Positions 38,605-48,486 of a DNA stretch of 64,000 nt are shown here, in pieces. The notes beneath the pieces are model-generated. The model saw nothing but the letters and a program-made list of their open reading frames with translations, did no database searches and was not told the origin of the DNA. Positions within the stretch are counted from its first letter, which is position 1; each line of letters opens with the position of its first letter. Position numbers and translations under genes: made by a program. Source of the DNA: an uncultured Bacillota bacterium. GTDB lineage: Bacteria; Bacillota; Clostridia; Peptostreptococcales; Anaerovoracaceae. The stretch is taken from positions 5,009-69,008 of the forward strand of contig CAUDEQ010000002.1 of NCBI GenBank assembly GCA_958448635.1, read 5' to 3'.

Positions 38605-38723
38605 AAAGCTTTAGATAAAAAAGTATTTTGGTTATTAAGATATTTATGATACAATAGGGACGGTTTTATTAAACCGTCTCTATGACGTTATGGCAATATT
38701 TACAGAGCAAAAGGAGAAGAACC

Positions 38724-39566
38724 ATGCTACTGGCATTTGATGTGGGAAACACCAATATCGTACTGGGCGTGTTCAAGGACGGCAGAATGATCACCAACTG
38801 GAGACTTGAGACCGACAACAACAAGAGCGCCGATGAGTACGGCATGATAATAAGTCAGCTGTTCAAGTACGAAGGACTCAAGGTGGAAAACGTAAAGGAC
38901 GTTATAATATCCACAGTAGTACCGTCAGTGCTTTTCACGCTGCAGCACCTTTCCGTTAAATACTTTAACAGGAAAGCGATGGTAATAGGACCGGGAATAA
39001 GGACAGGTCTTATAGTGAAGTACGATAATCCAAAGCAGGTGGGCGCAGATAGGATAGTCAACGCTGTAGCCGCTCACGCCAAATACGGCGGACCGCTTAT
39101 AATCATAGATTTCGGTACTGCCACGACCTTCTGCGCAGTATCGGAAAAGGCAGAATATATCGGAGGAACTATCGCACCGGGACTTAAGATATCATCTGAG
39201 GCGCTTTTCGAAAAGACCTCCAAGCTGCCCAAGGTAGAGCTGGAAGAGCCCGGCCACGTTATCTGCAGGAACACCATCAACAGTATGCAGTCCGGCCTCG
39301 TATACGGACACATGGGAATGGTGGACTATATAGTTAAGAAGATGAAGCAGGAGCTTTTGGAATACAGCAATGAGGGCGATGATAAAAAAGTAAAGGTCAT
39401 CGCAACAGGCGGCCTTGCAACTCTCATAGACTCGGGAATAGACTGTATAGATCATGTGGACAAGATGCTGACTCTCGAAGGGCTGCATATAATATATGAG
39501 AAAAACAAGAAGGTAAGAAAATCAGAGCCAAAGTGCAGCAGGGAAAGTCATGAGGGCGATATATGA
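38724..39566 (+). CDS. coaX: type III pantothenate kinase
   Basis: N-terminal LLAFDVGNTN and the conserved GADR motif. AAGGAGAAG ribosome-binding site before the internal ATG (track ORF starts 38682). Confidence 0.85.
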   Translation: MLLAFDVGNTNIVLGVFKDGRMITNWRLETDNNKSADEYGMIISQLFKYEGLKVENVKDVIISTVVPSVLFTLQHLSVKYFNRKAMVIGPGIRTGLIVKYDNPKQVGADRIVNAVAAHAKYGGPLIIIDFGTATTFCAVSEKAEYIGGTIAPGLKISSEALFEKTSKLPKVELEEPGHVICRNTINSMQSGLVYGHMGMVDYIVKKMKQELLEYSNEGDDKKVKVIATGGLATLIDSGIDCIDHVDKMLTLEGLHIIYEKNKKVRKSEPKCSRESHEGDI

Positions 39567-40543
39567 GGAAAAGCACCCTTAAAATCGGCAGGCTTCAGCT
39601 GGATTCTCCATTTGTGATGGCCCCTCTGGCGGGGATCACGGACAAGGCGATGAGGAGCCTCTGCGCCGAGCAAGGGGCTTCTTTGACATATACGGAGATG
39701 GTCAGCTGTAAGGGACTGTGGTATGGAGACAGGAAGAGCCGTAAGCTGTTGGAAATCGGAGACAATGAGGGACTAGTGGCTTTTCAGCTGTTCGGCAGCG
39801 AGCCTGAGATCATGGCACATGCGGTAAAAGAGCTGGAGCAAGAGAAAAACCCTCTGATAGATCTAAATGCAGGCTGTCCTGTACCAAAGATAGTAAAAAA
39901 CGGAGACGGATCTGCACTTCTAAAAAAGCCTCAGCTGCTCTACGATGTGGTGAGAGCCATGGTGAAAAGCACGGAAAAGCCTGTGACTGTAAAGATAAGG
40001 ATGGGATTCCAGCGTGGAGAAAATACCGCAGTGGAATCTGCAAAAGCAATAGAAGCCGCCGGCGCTGCAGCTGTAACAGTGCATGGCAGAACAAGAGAGC
40101 AGTACTACGAGGGCAAGGCTGACTGGTCGGTCATCGAAGAAGTGAAAAAAGCCGTAAGTATCCCTGTTATAGGAAACGGCGACGTTATGACAGGCCGGGC
40201 AGCTGTCGATATGATGGAAGAAACGGGCTGTGACGGCGTGATGATAGCACGGGGCGCCATGGGCAATCCATGGATATTCAGGGATGCATCGGCGATCTGG
40301 AGGGGAGAAGAGGCGCCTGAGCCGCCCACAGACATGGAAAAGCTTGAAATGCTGATGAGGCACCTTGAAATGGTGGCTGAAGATAAAGGAGAACGTATAG
40401 CAGTAAAGGAAATAAGGAAGCATGTGGGCTGGTATGTAAAGGGCATGCACGGTGCGGCAGCTTTCAGAAGGATGATAAACGGTATAGATGATGCACAGCA
40501 GATGAGGTCTGCAATAGCGGGCCTGATGCATGAAGATTTATAA
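39563..40543 (+). CDS. dusB: tRNA-dihydrouridine synthase
   Basis: 326 aa. MAPLAG..TD, the GCP catalytic Cys (LNAGCPVPK) and a TIM barrel. Confidence 0.9.
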   Translation: MRKSTLKIGRLQLDSPFVMAPLAGITDKAMRSLCAEQGASLTYTEMVSCKGLWYGDRKSRKLLEIGDNEGLVAFQLFGSEPEIMAHAVKELEQEKNPLIDLNAGCPVPKIVKNGDGSALLKKPQLLYDVVRAMVKSTEKPVTVKIRMGFQRGENTAVESAKAIEAAGAAAVTVHGRTREQYYEGKADWSVIEEVKKAVSIPVIGNGDVMTGRAAVDMMEETGCDGVMIARGAMGNPWIFRDASAIWRGEEAPEPPTDMEKLEMLMRHLEMVAEDKGERIAVKEIRKHVGWYVKGMHGAAAFRRMINGIDDAQQMRSAIAGLMHEDL

Positions 40544-40556
40544 AGGAGACCGGATA

Positions 40557-41486
40557 ATGGTATATAATAATATTTTAGAGGCTATGGGAAACACTCCTAT
40601 AATAAAACTGAATCATATGGTTCCGGAGGGAGCGGCGAGAATATTGGTAAAATTCGAAGGCTTGAATGTTGGAGGATCAATTAAGACAAGGACAGCCTAC
40701 AACATGATACTTGATGCGGAGGAGAAGGGGCTCATCAATGAGAATACCATAATCGTTGAGCCTACCAGCGGAAATCAGGGAATCGGTCTCGCCCTTGTGG
40801 GGGCTGTAAGGGGATATAGGACCAGGATAATAATGCCTGACTCTGTCAGCGAAGAGCGAAGAAAGATAATGAAGCATTACGGGGCAGAGGTAGTTCTTAT
40901 ACACGATGATGACAACATAGGAGAATGTATAGAGGAATGTCTCAATACTGCCATGAGAATGGCTGAAGAGGATCCTAATGTCTTCGTTCCGCAGCAGTTC
41001 ACCAACCCGGCAAATCCGCAGGTTCACAGGAACCATACAGCCATCGAGATACTGCAGGAGGTTGACGGCCCTATACACGGATTCTGTTCAGGAATAGGAA
41101 CAGGAGGCACCATAACAGGCATAGGAGAGACGCTGATGGAAAAAAACCCGGACATGGAGATATGGGCTGTAGAGCCTGAAAATGCAGCAATTCTGTCGGG
41201 CGGCTCCATAGGCTCACATATCCAGATGGGAATAGGCGACGGCGTGATCCCTGATATACTGAATCGCGAAATCTATCAGGGAATACATATAATAAAGGAC
41301 GATGAGGCACTTCAGACAGCCAGAGATCTGGCGTCAAAGGAAGGAATACTGTGCGGAATATCCAGCGGCACCAATGTGGCGGCGGCAATACAGCTGGCTA
41401 AAAAGCTGGGACCGGGTAAGACCGTTGTGACAGTGCTGCCTGATACGGCGGAAAGATATTTCTCGACGCCGCTGTTTGAGGAATAG
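40557..41486 (+). CDS. cysteine synthase family PLP enzyme (second CysK/CysM paralog)
   Basis: PLP-lysine motif GSIKTR and the TSGNQG loop. AAAGGAGA ribosome-binding site before the ATG at 40557. Confidence 0.85.
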   Translation: MVYNNILEAMGNTPIIKLNHMVPEGAARILVKFEGLNVGGSIKTRTAYNMILDAEEKGLINENTIIVEPTSGNQGIGLALVGAVRGYRTRIIMPDSVSEERRKIMKHYGAEVVLIHDDDNIGECIEECLNTAMRMAEEDPNVFVPQQFTNPANPQVHRNHTAIEILQEVDGPIHGFCSGIGTGGTITGIGETLMEKNPDMEIWAVEPENAAILSGGSIGSHIQMGIGDGVIPDILNREIYQGIHIIKDDEALQTARDLASKEGILCGISSGTNVAAAIQLAKKLGPGKTVVTVLPDTAERYFSTPLFEE

Positions 41487-41504
41487 GCAATAATGATATT
41501 ACAA

Positions 41505-41548
41505 ATGGCAAGGTGTGAAAACCTTGCCATTTAATTTTTTTGTTGTAG
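41505..41548 (+). terminator. intrinsic terminator after cysK paralog
   Basis: ATGGCAAGG-tgtgaaaa-CCTTGCCAT followed by TTAATTTTTTT. Confidence 0.75.
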
Positions 41549-41659
41549 GACAAAAAAATGGTGAAAATCGCTGTAAACATTGGAAAATCAATGCTTGCGG
41601 CCAATTTAAAGAGGCTTCGCAGCTGCATCGAGCCGGCCGAAGGGTCCCCTTTGATTATG

Positions 41660-41710
41660 GTAAAAAATTCCCGGTATCGCCACCCAACCAAAAACGATAC
41701 CGGGAATTTC
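41660..41710 (-). terminator. intrinsic terminator after APC permease gene
   Basis: 12-bp stem TTCCCGGTATCG/CGATACCGGGAA, preceded on the plus strand by AAAAAA, which is the U-tract on the minus strand. Confidence 0.7.
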
Positions 41711-41737
41711 TATACTTATGAAAATTTACTTGAAAAC

Positions 41738-43093
41738 TTATTCGTCCTTTGTGAACATAAGGCTTTCGCGCTCTTCAGGTGTAACGTTCTTGTACTTGAA
41801 GTATGCATACAGTGCGAGGATGAAGCCTATGGCGTACCAGCCCAGCACGAATATCCATTCGATAGGGATAAGCGGGCTTGGATCGAACGGCAGATAGAGA
41901 CATATGAAGAATATGGAAACTATCACCGCAAGCGTTCCTATCAGCTTTGCTGCCGGCAGCTTGTACGGTCTCAGGAAGTCAGGCTGTTTCTTTCTCAGGA
42001 ATATGAATGAGAGAACAACCATGAAGTATGTAGCCACAGTTCCGAAGGAAGCTGCGTTTACAAGCCATGTGAGAGCTCCTGAGCCCAGCAGACATGAGAA
42101 AGCCGAAAGAGCGCCCACGAACAGTACAGCGTTTGACGGAGTCTTGTGCTTAGGATGCACCTTTCCGAGAAATGCAGGCATCATCTTGGCGTTTGCCAGT
42201 GAGAAAAGCACTCGTGCACTTCCGTAAAGGAATCCGTTCCAGCTGGTCAGGATACCGCATATGGCGCCTATGATGCAGATCTTACCCCATATAGGGCTTC
42301 CGAAAGCATATGCCATTGCGTCTGCAACAGGGATAGTTCCGGCGCCTGTTGCGGCTCTGATTTCTGTAGGTGCCGACAGGCATGTTGCCAGAATCATCAG
42401 CATATACCATGCTGCAGCCATGCAGATAGATATGATAAGTATGCTCGGGATCTTCTTCAAAGGAACATCCATTTCGCTGGCAGACTGAGGGATAACATCG
42501 AAGCCTACGAACATGGCAGGAACCATCAGAAGTACTGCGGCGAATCCACCGAAGTCAGTTAAGAGCGGCTTGGTGTTTTCCACTTCACCGAAAGCCACGC
42601 CTCCGCTCAGGAACACTATGCCCACCAGCACGAGACCAACCGTGGCGATGGTCTGGAATACAGCGGCTGATTTTGCGCCGCGATAGTTTACGATGGTTAT
42701 GATGACCGAAGCGATGATGGAAACTGCACAGACGGAAGCATAAACTTCTGCCCCCTCTATGGTCCACAGATGACCTATTTTCAGGATAGGTATAACATAG
42801 TTGACGGCTGTCGAAAAGGCAGGTCCCTCCCATGCAGCAACGCCAAGATAAGCAAGAGCGGTGGATACACCGGCGATGATTGATGGCCAGTAGCCCATGC
42901 TCTTATACGCGAATACCACACCTCCACCTGTAAAAGGTATGGCAGGCGTAAGCTCGGCATATACGAGACCTACGACGATGCACAGCACCGCACCTACCGC
43001 ATATGCCAGAATGGCACCCAGCATGCCTCCATCGGCAGCCCACTGACCGGAAAGCATTATCCAGCCCCATCCAATCATGGTACCGAATGCCAT
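41738..43093 (-). CDS. APC-superfamily amino acid permease
   Basis: 451 aa, about 12 TM helices, with the amino acid/polyamine permease fold. Confidence 0.85.
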   Translation of the reverse strand: MAFGTMIGWGWIMLSGQWAADGGMLGAILAYAVGAVLCIVVGLVYAELTPAIPFTGGGVVFAYKSMGYWPSIIAGVSTALAYLGVAAWEGPAFSTAVNYVIPILKIGHLWTIEGAEVYASVCAVSIIASVIITIVNYRGAKSAAVFQTIATVGLVLVGIVFLSGGVAFGEVENTKPLLTDFGGFAAVLLMVPAMFVGFDVIPQSASEMDVPLKKIPSILIISICMAAAWYMLMILATCLSAPTEIRAATGAGTIPVADAMAYAFGSPIWGKICIIGAICGILTSWNGFLYGSARVLFSLANAKMMPAFLGKVHPKHKTPSNAVLFVGALSAFSCLLGSGALTWLVNAASFGTVATYFMVVLSFIFLRKKQPDFLRPYKLPAAKLIGTLAVIVSIFFICLYLPFDPSPLIPIEWIFVLGWYAIGFILALYAYFKYKNVTPEERESLMFTKDE

Positions 43094-43392
43094 TGCCGGA
43101 ACGTCTTTCTGCTTAAAAGACTTCTGGAGATTCTGATTTTCTTAACCCATTTAATTTAATTCCTTCTATTTAATACGATTCTTACTGTGGCGCAAGAAAG
43201 GTTAAACTATATATATCCAATCTCTTTTTCAACATATTTATGATGTGAACAAAGCAATGTAGGTAGGAGATTAAATATAGCATAGACACTTTACATTAAA
43301 TCGAGGAAAAAAGCTAGAGTTATTATGAAAATCGTTAAAGTCTTTATAATAGCAATATTCAGAATTATGATGTAAAAACGCATCCGATAATT

Positions 43393-44763
43393 CTATCCCC
43401 AGAGCTCCTCATCTGTCGGAACGTAGTTGCCAGGCATGTATCGTGCTATCCTGGAAACGTTCATAAGATGCTTGTAGTCCAGGTTTTCCGATATGCTGTT
43501 ATGACCCCAGCTTCCGCAGCCCAACGTGTTGGTAGGTGCAAGACCGTTGTAGAAGCTTCCGCCGGCGCTGCTGGCACACACCTGATTTATTACAAATCTT
43601 GATACGCACAGCTCCTTGCCAACGTATTCTATATGTTCTTCCGAATCGGAATGGAATGAGACGCTGTGACCTTTTCCTTCCTTTTCCAGATTTTCTCTTG
43701 CTATGTTGACGCCTTCCTCCAGGGTCTTGTATTTGTATGCTGTGATTACAGGAGCCATTTTTTCTCCTCCCAGAGGATCAACGTCGGCGGTGGCCTCTGC
43801 TACGGCGACTATGATTCTTGTTCCTTCGGGAATGGTGAAGCCTGCCAGCTTGGCAATGTTTTCGGGTGACTGGCCTACTGAATGTCTGTTTGGCTTGCCG
43901 TCCTCAAAGAGAGCTCCTCTCACGGCTTCCAGCTGATCTTTATCGCGGACGATGTATCCTCCGTTGGCCTCGAATTCAGCCATTATATCATCGAAATCCT
44001 TTTCAGGGCAGATGACGGACTGCTCTCCTGAGCAGATGATGCCGTAATCAAATGTACGGCCTGTAACGATTTTCGGAACCGCCTCTTTAAAATCATATCC
44101 TTCGTCGATGATGCACTGTACGTTGCCGGCTCCTACGCCGAGAGCCGGTCTTCCGGAGCTGTAGGCTGCGTTCACCATGCCGGCGCCGCCTGTGGCAACC
44201 ACCACATCTGCGGAGGAAATGAGATTCCTCGTATTCTCTCTGGACTGGACATCGAGTATCTGAATGAGATTTTCAGGCATACCCAGCTTTGCCAACTCAT
44301 CGTTCATCATCTCCACTGTTTTTGTGCTGCATTTTATTGCCTTGTGGTGAGGCGTTATTATGATGGCGTTTCCGCACTTCAAGGCGAACATCGAATTGCT
44401 CATAGGGGTGACGATAGGATTGGTGCATGGCGTGATGGCAGCCACAACGCCCACAGGCTTGGCTATCCTGGTGATGCCGGTAGCCTCGTCGGTATCGAGT
44501 ATACCGCGTGATTTTTTCCCCTTGAGATTGTTCCATATTATCTTGGATTTCTGTTTGTTCTTGGCGATCTTATCGGGAACATTGCCCATGCCGGTTTCCT
44601 CTACGGCGATTTCTGCCAGAAATTCCGCATTGTCATATACGACCTTGCCGATAACCTTTACAGCCTCGTCCACCTGCTCCTGGCTCATCTTTTCGAAAGC
44701 CTCCTGAGCTTTTCTGGCACGCTGTATGTATTCATCGATATAAGCTTTGCTGTCAAATTCCAT
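43393..44763 (-). CDS. CoA-acylating aldehyde dehydrogenase (EutE/PduP/SucD-like)
   Basis: Catalytic Cys region (IICSGEQS) and an NAD-binding fold. Start set at the internal ATG with a GGAGG ribosome-binding site. The track ORF extends 89 aa upstream with no ribosome-binding site. Confidence 0.8.
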   Translation of the reverse strand: MEFDSKAYIDEYIQRARKAQEAFEKMSQEQVDEAVKVIGKVVYDNAEFLAEIAVEETGMGNVPDKIAKNKQKSKIIWNNLKGKKSRGILDTDEATGITRIAKPVGVVAAITPCTNPIVTPMSNSMFALKCGNAIIITPHHKAIKCSTKTVEMMNDELAKLGMPENLIQILDVQSRENTRNLISSADVVVATGGAGMVNAAYSSGRPALGVGAGNVQCIIDEGYDFKEAVPKIVTGRTFDYGIICSGEQSVICPEKDFDDIMAEFEANGGYIVRDKDQLEAVRGALFEDGKPNRHSVGQSPENIAKLAGFTIPEGTRIIVAVAEATADVDPLGGEKMAPVITAYKYKTLEEGVNIARENLEKEGKGHSVSFHSDSEEHIEYVGKELCVSRFVINQVCASSAGGSFYNGLAPTNTLGCGSWGHNSISENLDYKHLMNVSRIARYMPGNYVPTDEELWG

Positions 44764-45115
44764 AATTACCTCCGTATGAGCGCAATATATGCGCATTTTG
44801 TTTCTTTTCCAATACATTATATAATGAAGATACACGGCTTTCAAGATGTGCGCTGCGGCAAAAGCTGCGAAAATCGCACTAAAATTGTACTTCGATGCTG
44901 CAGCGCTTGTAATCGCCGGCCTCAGCGGTACAGCAGAGCATCGGTCATACAGGTGCAGGAGCGCATCGGCTTCAGCAGAGCAGCAACATATCGGCTTCGG
45001 TAGTGACATGCCCGGAAGATAAGGCAGCATGAGGCCTTATCGATAAATTCACCAAAATGTCATTGTAGTGAAAAGGAAAAATTGGTAGAATATAGGAAAT
45101 TATGGAGGGGACAAG

Positions 45116-45796
45116 GTGACAGCGATAATAATCAAAACTGCGGCGAGCATAGTGCTGGGGGTAATAGCCGGCTGCGGAGCAGTATACATTTTCAATAAAA
45201 TGCCGGCAGCATGGCTTTGCGATTACGGTGAGAAGCCCTCTGAGGAGCTTTCCGATCCATATATCCAGAGAATCAAAGGCTTTCCATGGAGGTGGGTGTA
45301 TTCTGCCGGCTTTGCGTGCCTTCTCATCAGGCTGACCTTCTTTGACGTGCAGTTTGCTGCAGCAGCGCTGTTTGCATGCTGGGCTATGCTGATCATAGGC
45401 CTGGCAGACCTGAAGTATATGATAATCCCCGATCAGTTCGTTATAATGCTGTCGGTGACGGCAATTGGCTTCATACCGTTTCACGGGAGCCTGTGGCAGC
45501 CTGTGTTGGGAGCAGCTATAGGAGGCGGCGTTATGATAATTGCCTCAATTCTGGGAGGAGCTGCATTCAAGCGTGAAGCTATGGGATTTGGAGATGTCAA
45601 GCTTTTCGCATCTCTGGGGCTTGCTCTTGGTGTAAAGGGCACGGTAATAGTGCTGATAGGTGCGTCTTTATGCAGCGGAGCGGTGGCTGCGCTGGGGCTT
45701 GCGACGAAGAAATTCGGAAAGAACGATGTAAAGCCTCTGGGCCCGTATATCTGCGGCTGGGGCGCATTTTACCTCTTCGTGATTTTTCCTCTTTAA
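45116..45796 (+). CDS. pilD: prepilin peptidase (A24 family)
   Basis: 226 aa polytopic membrane protein with the catalytic Asp pair context (GFGDVKL). GTG start after a GGAGGGG ribosome-binding site. Confidence 0.7.
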   Translation: MTAIIIKTAASIVLGVIAGCGAVYIFNKMPAAWLCDYGEKPSEELSDPYIQRIKGFPWRWVYSAGFACLLIRLTFFDVQFAAAALFACWAMLIIGLADLKYMIIPDQFVIMLSVTAIGFIPFHGSLWQPVLGAAIGGGVMIIASILGGAAFKREAMGFGDVKLFASLGLALGVKGTVIVLIGASLCSGAVAALGLATKKFGKNDVKPLGPYICGWGAFYLFVIFPL

Positions 45797-45805
45797 GGAT
45801 ATAGG

Positions 45806-45996
45806 AAAAACAAGGCGATGTTGGCTGAAGCGGAGCGAGTCTTTCAAACAGCCAACAATATCTCCGGAATAGTGGTGTTCCGGAGGTAAAAACAAGGTGC
45901 TGTTGGCTGTAAATAAAGCAGAAGGTATTTTGGACAACAGAATTGGTAAAAAGTGATGGCTGAAACATGTTACCATAGTCAGACAGCCAACAAAGG
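45806..45996 (+). repeat. tandem 22-nt direct repeats, each forming a hairpin with a downstream CAGCCAACA, between pilD and truA
   Basis: AAAAACAAGGCGATGTTGGCTG (45806-45827) and AAAAACAAGGTGCTGTTGGCTG (45888-45909) share 20 of 22 positions. Complementary CAGCCAACA lies at 45849-45857 and 45985-45993. A further hairpin CTCCGGAA/TTCCGGAG sits between them. Confidence 0.5.
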
Positions 45997-46097
45997 GCCC
46001 TTTGACGGCAAATGTACATAAAAAAGTGCATAATTGACGATATACACGCAGCAACCATTGAAAAATCATCGAGTTTAGGATATATTGTATATGTGTT

Positions 46098-46931
46098 ATG
46101 GAAAAGAATGTTTTGCTGACAATAGCATATGACGGTTCGGGTTTTTCGGGCTGGCAGCGACAGCCTGACAAGCTGACGGTTCAGGGATATCTGGAAAAGA
46201 CCATGTCGAGCCTTTTTAAAAGAGATATAATCCTCAATGGGACAAGCAGGACTGATGCGGGAGTTCACGCTCTGGGACAGTGTGCGTCGTTCACCATGAA
46301 TGCGGGAATACCGGTTGACAGACTTCCAAGGGTAGTGAACAACGCACTGTGCGGAAAGGAAAAGGGCCCGTTTGCGATATCTCCCGTCAGGATAGTTTCC
46401 GCGGAGGAGAAGCCCGCCGGTTTTCACGCCAGGTTTGACTGTCGGGGAAAGAAATATATCTACAGCATATCCAACACCGGGGATGTGGATATATTCAGGA
46501 GGAATTACACCTATCATGTGGACAGGCCATTGGATGTGGACAGCATGCGGAGGGCGGCTGAAGCTCTGAAGGGGACTCATGATTTCAAGTCCTTCGAAAG
46601 CTCCGGAGGCAATCCGAGGCAGACGACGGTCAGGACTGTATTTGACATAGAATTAAATGTGTGCGAGGATAGAACGAAGAAACAGGACGATACGTTAAAA
46701 AAATCCGGGAGGGGAAAAGAGCTTGAGCTTTGCATCACCGGAGACGGCTTCCTTTACAATATGGTAAGGATAATAACGGGAACGCTGGTGGATATAGGAC
46801 TGGGGAAAATCCCATGCGATCATATGAAGAAAATAATCGAAGCAAAGGACAGGACTGCAGCGGGGCATACGGCTCCGCCTTACGGACTTTATCTTGCAGA
46901 AGTGTACTATGAAGATATCGAAAGGAGATAA
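46098..46931 (+). CDS. truA: tRNA pseudouridine(38-40) synthase
   Basis: 277 aa. Catalytic Asp motif ([10 protein letters not shown]). Confidence 0.9.
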   Translation: MEKNVLLTIAYDGSGFSGWQRQPDKLTVQGYLEKTMSSLFKRDIILNGTSRTDAGVHALGQCASFTMNAGIPVDRLPRVVNNALCGKEKGPFAISPVRIVSAEEKPAGFHARFDCRGKKYIYSISNTGDVDIFRRNYTYHVDRPLDVDSMRRAAEALKGTHDFKSFESSGGNPRQTTVRTVFDIELNVCEDRTKKQDDTLKKSGRGKELELCITGDGFLYNMVRIITGTLVDIGLGKIPCDHMKKIIEAKDRTAAGHTAPPYGLYLAEVYYEDIERR

Positions 46932-46933
46932 TC

Positions 46934-47389
46934 ATGGATAGAAGACCCAGCTGGGATGAATATTTTATGGATATGGCAGCACTTACAGCCAGAAGATCCA
47001 CATGCCTCAGAAGGCAGGTGGGGGCAGTTATAGTAAAGGATAGGCACATAGTTGCCACCGGCTATAACGGAGCGCCGAGAGGACTTGATCATTGCGGAGA
47101 AAGGGAAGGCGGCTGCCTCAGGCAGCAGCTGGGGATACCATCGGGAGAAAAGCACGAGCTGTGCAGGGCGCTGCATGCAGAGCAGAACGCCATAATCCAG
47201 GCTGCAACTCTGGGCCAGAGCATCGAGGGTGCGACCATATATATTACACATCAGCCGTGCGTGATATGTGCGAAGATGATAATAAACGCCGGTATAAGCA
47301 GGATAGTGGTAAAGGAAGGATATCCTGACGAGCTTTCCGTAGAGATACTTGGTGAAGCCGGACTGAAAATAGTGATGTTAGGAGAGTAA
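46934..47389 (+). CDS. comEB: dCMP deaminase (ComEB-type)
   Basis: 151 aa. Zinc motifs HAEQNA and PCVICA. Confidence 0.85.
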   Translation: MDRRPSWDEYFMDMAALTARRSTCLRRQVGAVIVKDRHIVATGYNGAPRGLDHCGEREGGCLRQQLGIPSGEKHELCRALHAEQNAIIQAATLGQSIEGATIYITHQPCVICAKMIINAGISRIVVKEGYPDELSVEILGEAGLKIVMLGE

Positions 47390-47391
47390 TA

Positions 47392-48486
47392 GTGACTGCA
47401 ACAAGCATATCTTTGTGGGGACCTTTTTTTGCGGCTCTGATCGTTGCTGCCATTGTAACGCCTCTGTCCATAAAGGCGGCGCCCAAGATAGGAGCCATGG
47501 ATATCCCCAAGGATGAAAGACGAATGCATGACAAGGCCATGCCCCGATTCGGAGGAGTGGCGATATATGCCGGCATCATGGTGGCGCTGGCTATTTTTGC
47601 GTCCGATGAAAAGGGAATCATAAGTATCATGGTGGGATGCACTATGATATATATACTGGGGCTCATAGACGATATCAGGAATCTGTCTCCGATAGTGAAG
47701 CTGCTGGGACAGGTGGCCTGTGCTGTTTTATTGTATGTTCAGGATATACGTATAGAGTTCATCACCAACTATTTCGGTGAGGGAAGCATGGTATTCGGTG
47801 ATATAGCCTGCTTCATAATCACCGTGCTGTGGGTGGTGGCGATAACCAATGCCGTAAATCTCATAGACGGGCTGGACGGACTGGCTTCGGGGATAGCGGC
47901 CATTTCCGCCCTCTGCATCGGGTATGTGGCATATATACATGGAAGATATATCACGACCTTGGCGATGATGGCCATTGCAGGCGCATCGCTGGGCTTTCTG
48001 CCATACAACTTCCATCCGGCGAAGACCTTTATGGGTGACGGAGGATCTCAGCTTCTGGGCTTTTCCATCGCAGCCTTTTCTATAATGGGTACGGTAAAGA
48101 GCACTACGGTAGTTGTGGTGATAATACCGGCTCTCGTTCTGGGACTGCCTATCTTCGATACGCTGATGGCCATAATCAGGAGAACTTTGAGACATCAGTC
48201 CTTCGCCACTGCGGATAAGGAGCATCTGCACCACAGGATAATGAAGGCGGGATACGGACAGAGGAGAGCTGTGATGATCATGTACTGCATAAGCGGTATA
48301 ATGGGCGTAGTGGCCGTTCTCTACAGCCGAGGCTTCGTGGTGGAATATCTGGGACTGCTGGCTGTGGCCGCTATGCTGATATATGTGCTGCTGACTGATA
48401 CCAGCAACAGGAACGTCAGCGCCAGGGGCAGCAAGATACCCAGCGAGAAAAAGGAACTGAAGGAGAAAAAGACAAGCAAGCCATGA
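47392..48486 (+). CDS. polyprenyl-phosphate N-acetylhexosamine-1-phosphate transferase (WecA/TagO/MraY family)
   Basis: 364 aa. Conserved DxP..RK.H region (MDIPKDERRMHDKAMPRFGG), DDxxN and the NLIDGLDGL motif. GTG start after a GGAGAG ribosome-binding site. Confidence 0.8.
   Translation: MTATSISLWGPFFAALIVAAIVTPLSIKAAPKIGAMDIPKDERRMHDKAMPRFGGVAIYAGIMVALAIFASDEKGIISIMVGCTMIYILGLIDDIRNLSPIVKLLGQVACAVLLYVQDIRIEFITNYFGEGSMVFGDIACFIITVLWVVAITNAVNLIDGLDGLASGIAAISALCIGYVAYIHGRYITTLAMMAIAGASLGFLPYNFHPAKTFMGDGGSQLLGFSIAAFSIMGTVKSTTVVVVIIPALVLGLPIFDTLMAIIRRTLRHQSFATADKEHLHHRIMKAGYGQRRAVMIMYCISGIMGVVAVLYSRGFVVEYLGLLAVAAMLIYVLLTDTSNRNVSARGSKIPSEKKELKEKKTSKP

Noticed and set aside
44776-45003. 75-aa ORF in the aldDH/pilD divergent intergenic region
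   Set aside because: No ribosome-binding site. The preceding CCTCC is the complement of the aldDH site. The translation is Cys/Arg-rich junk, and the region is better explained as promoter DNA.
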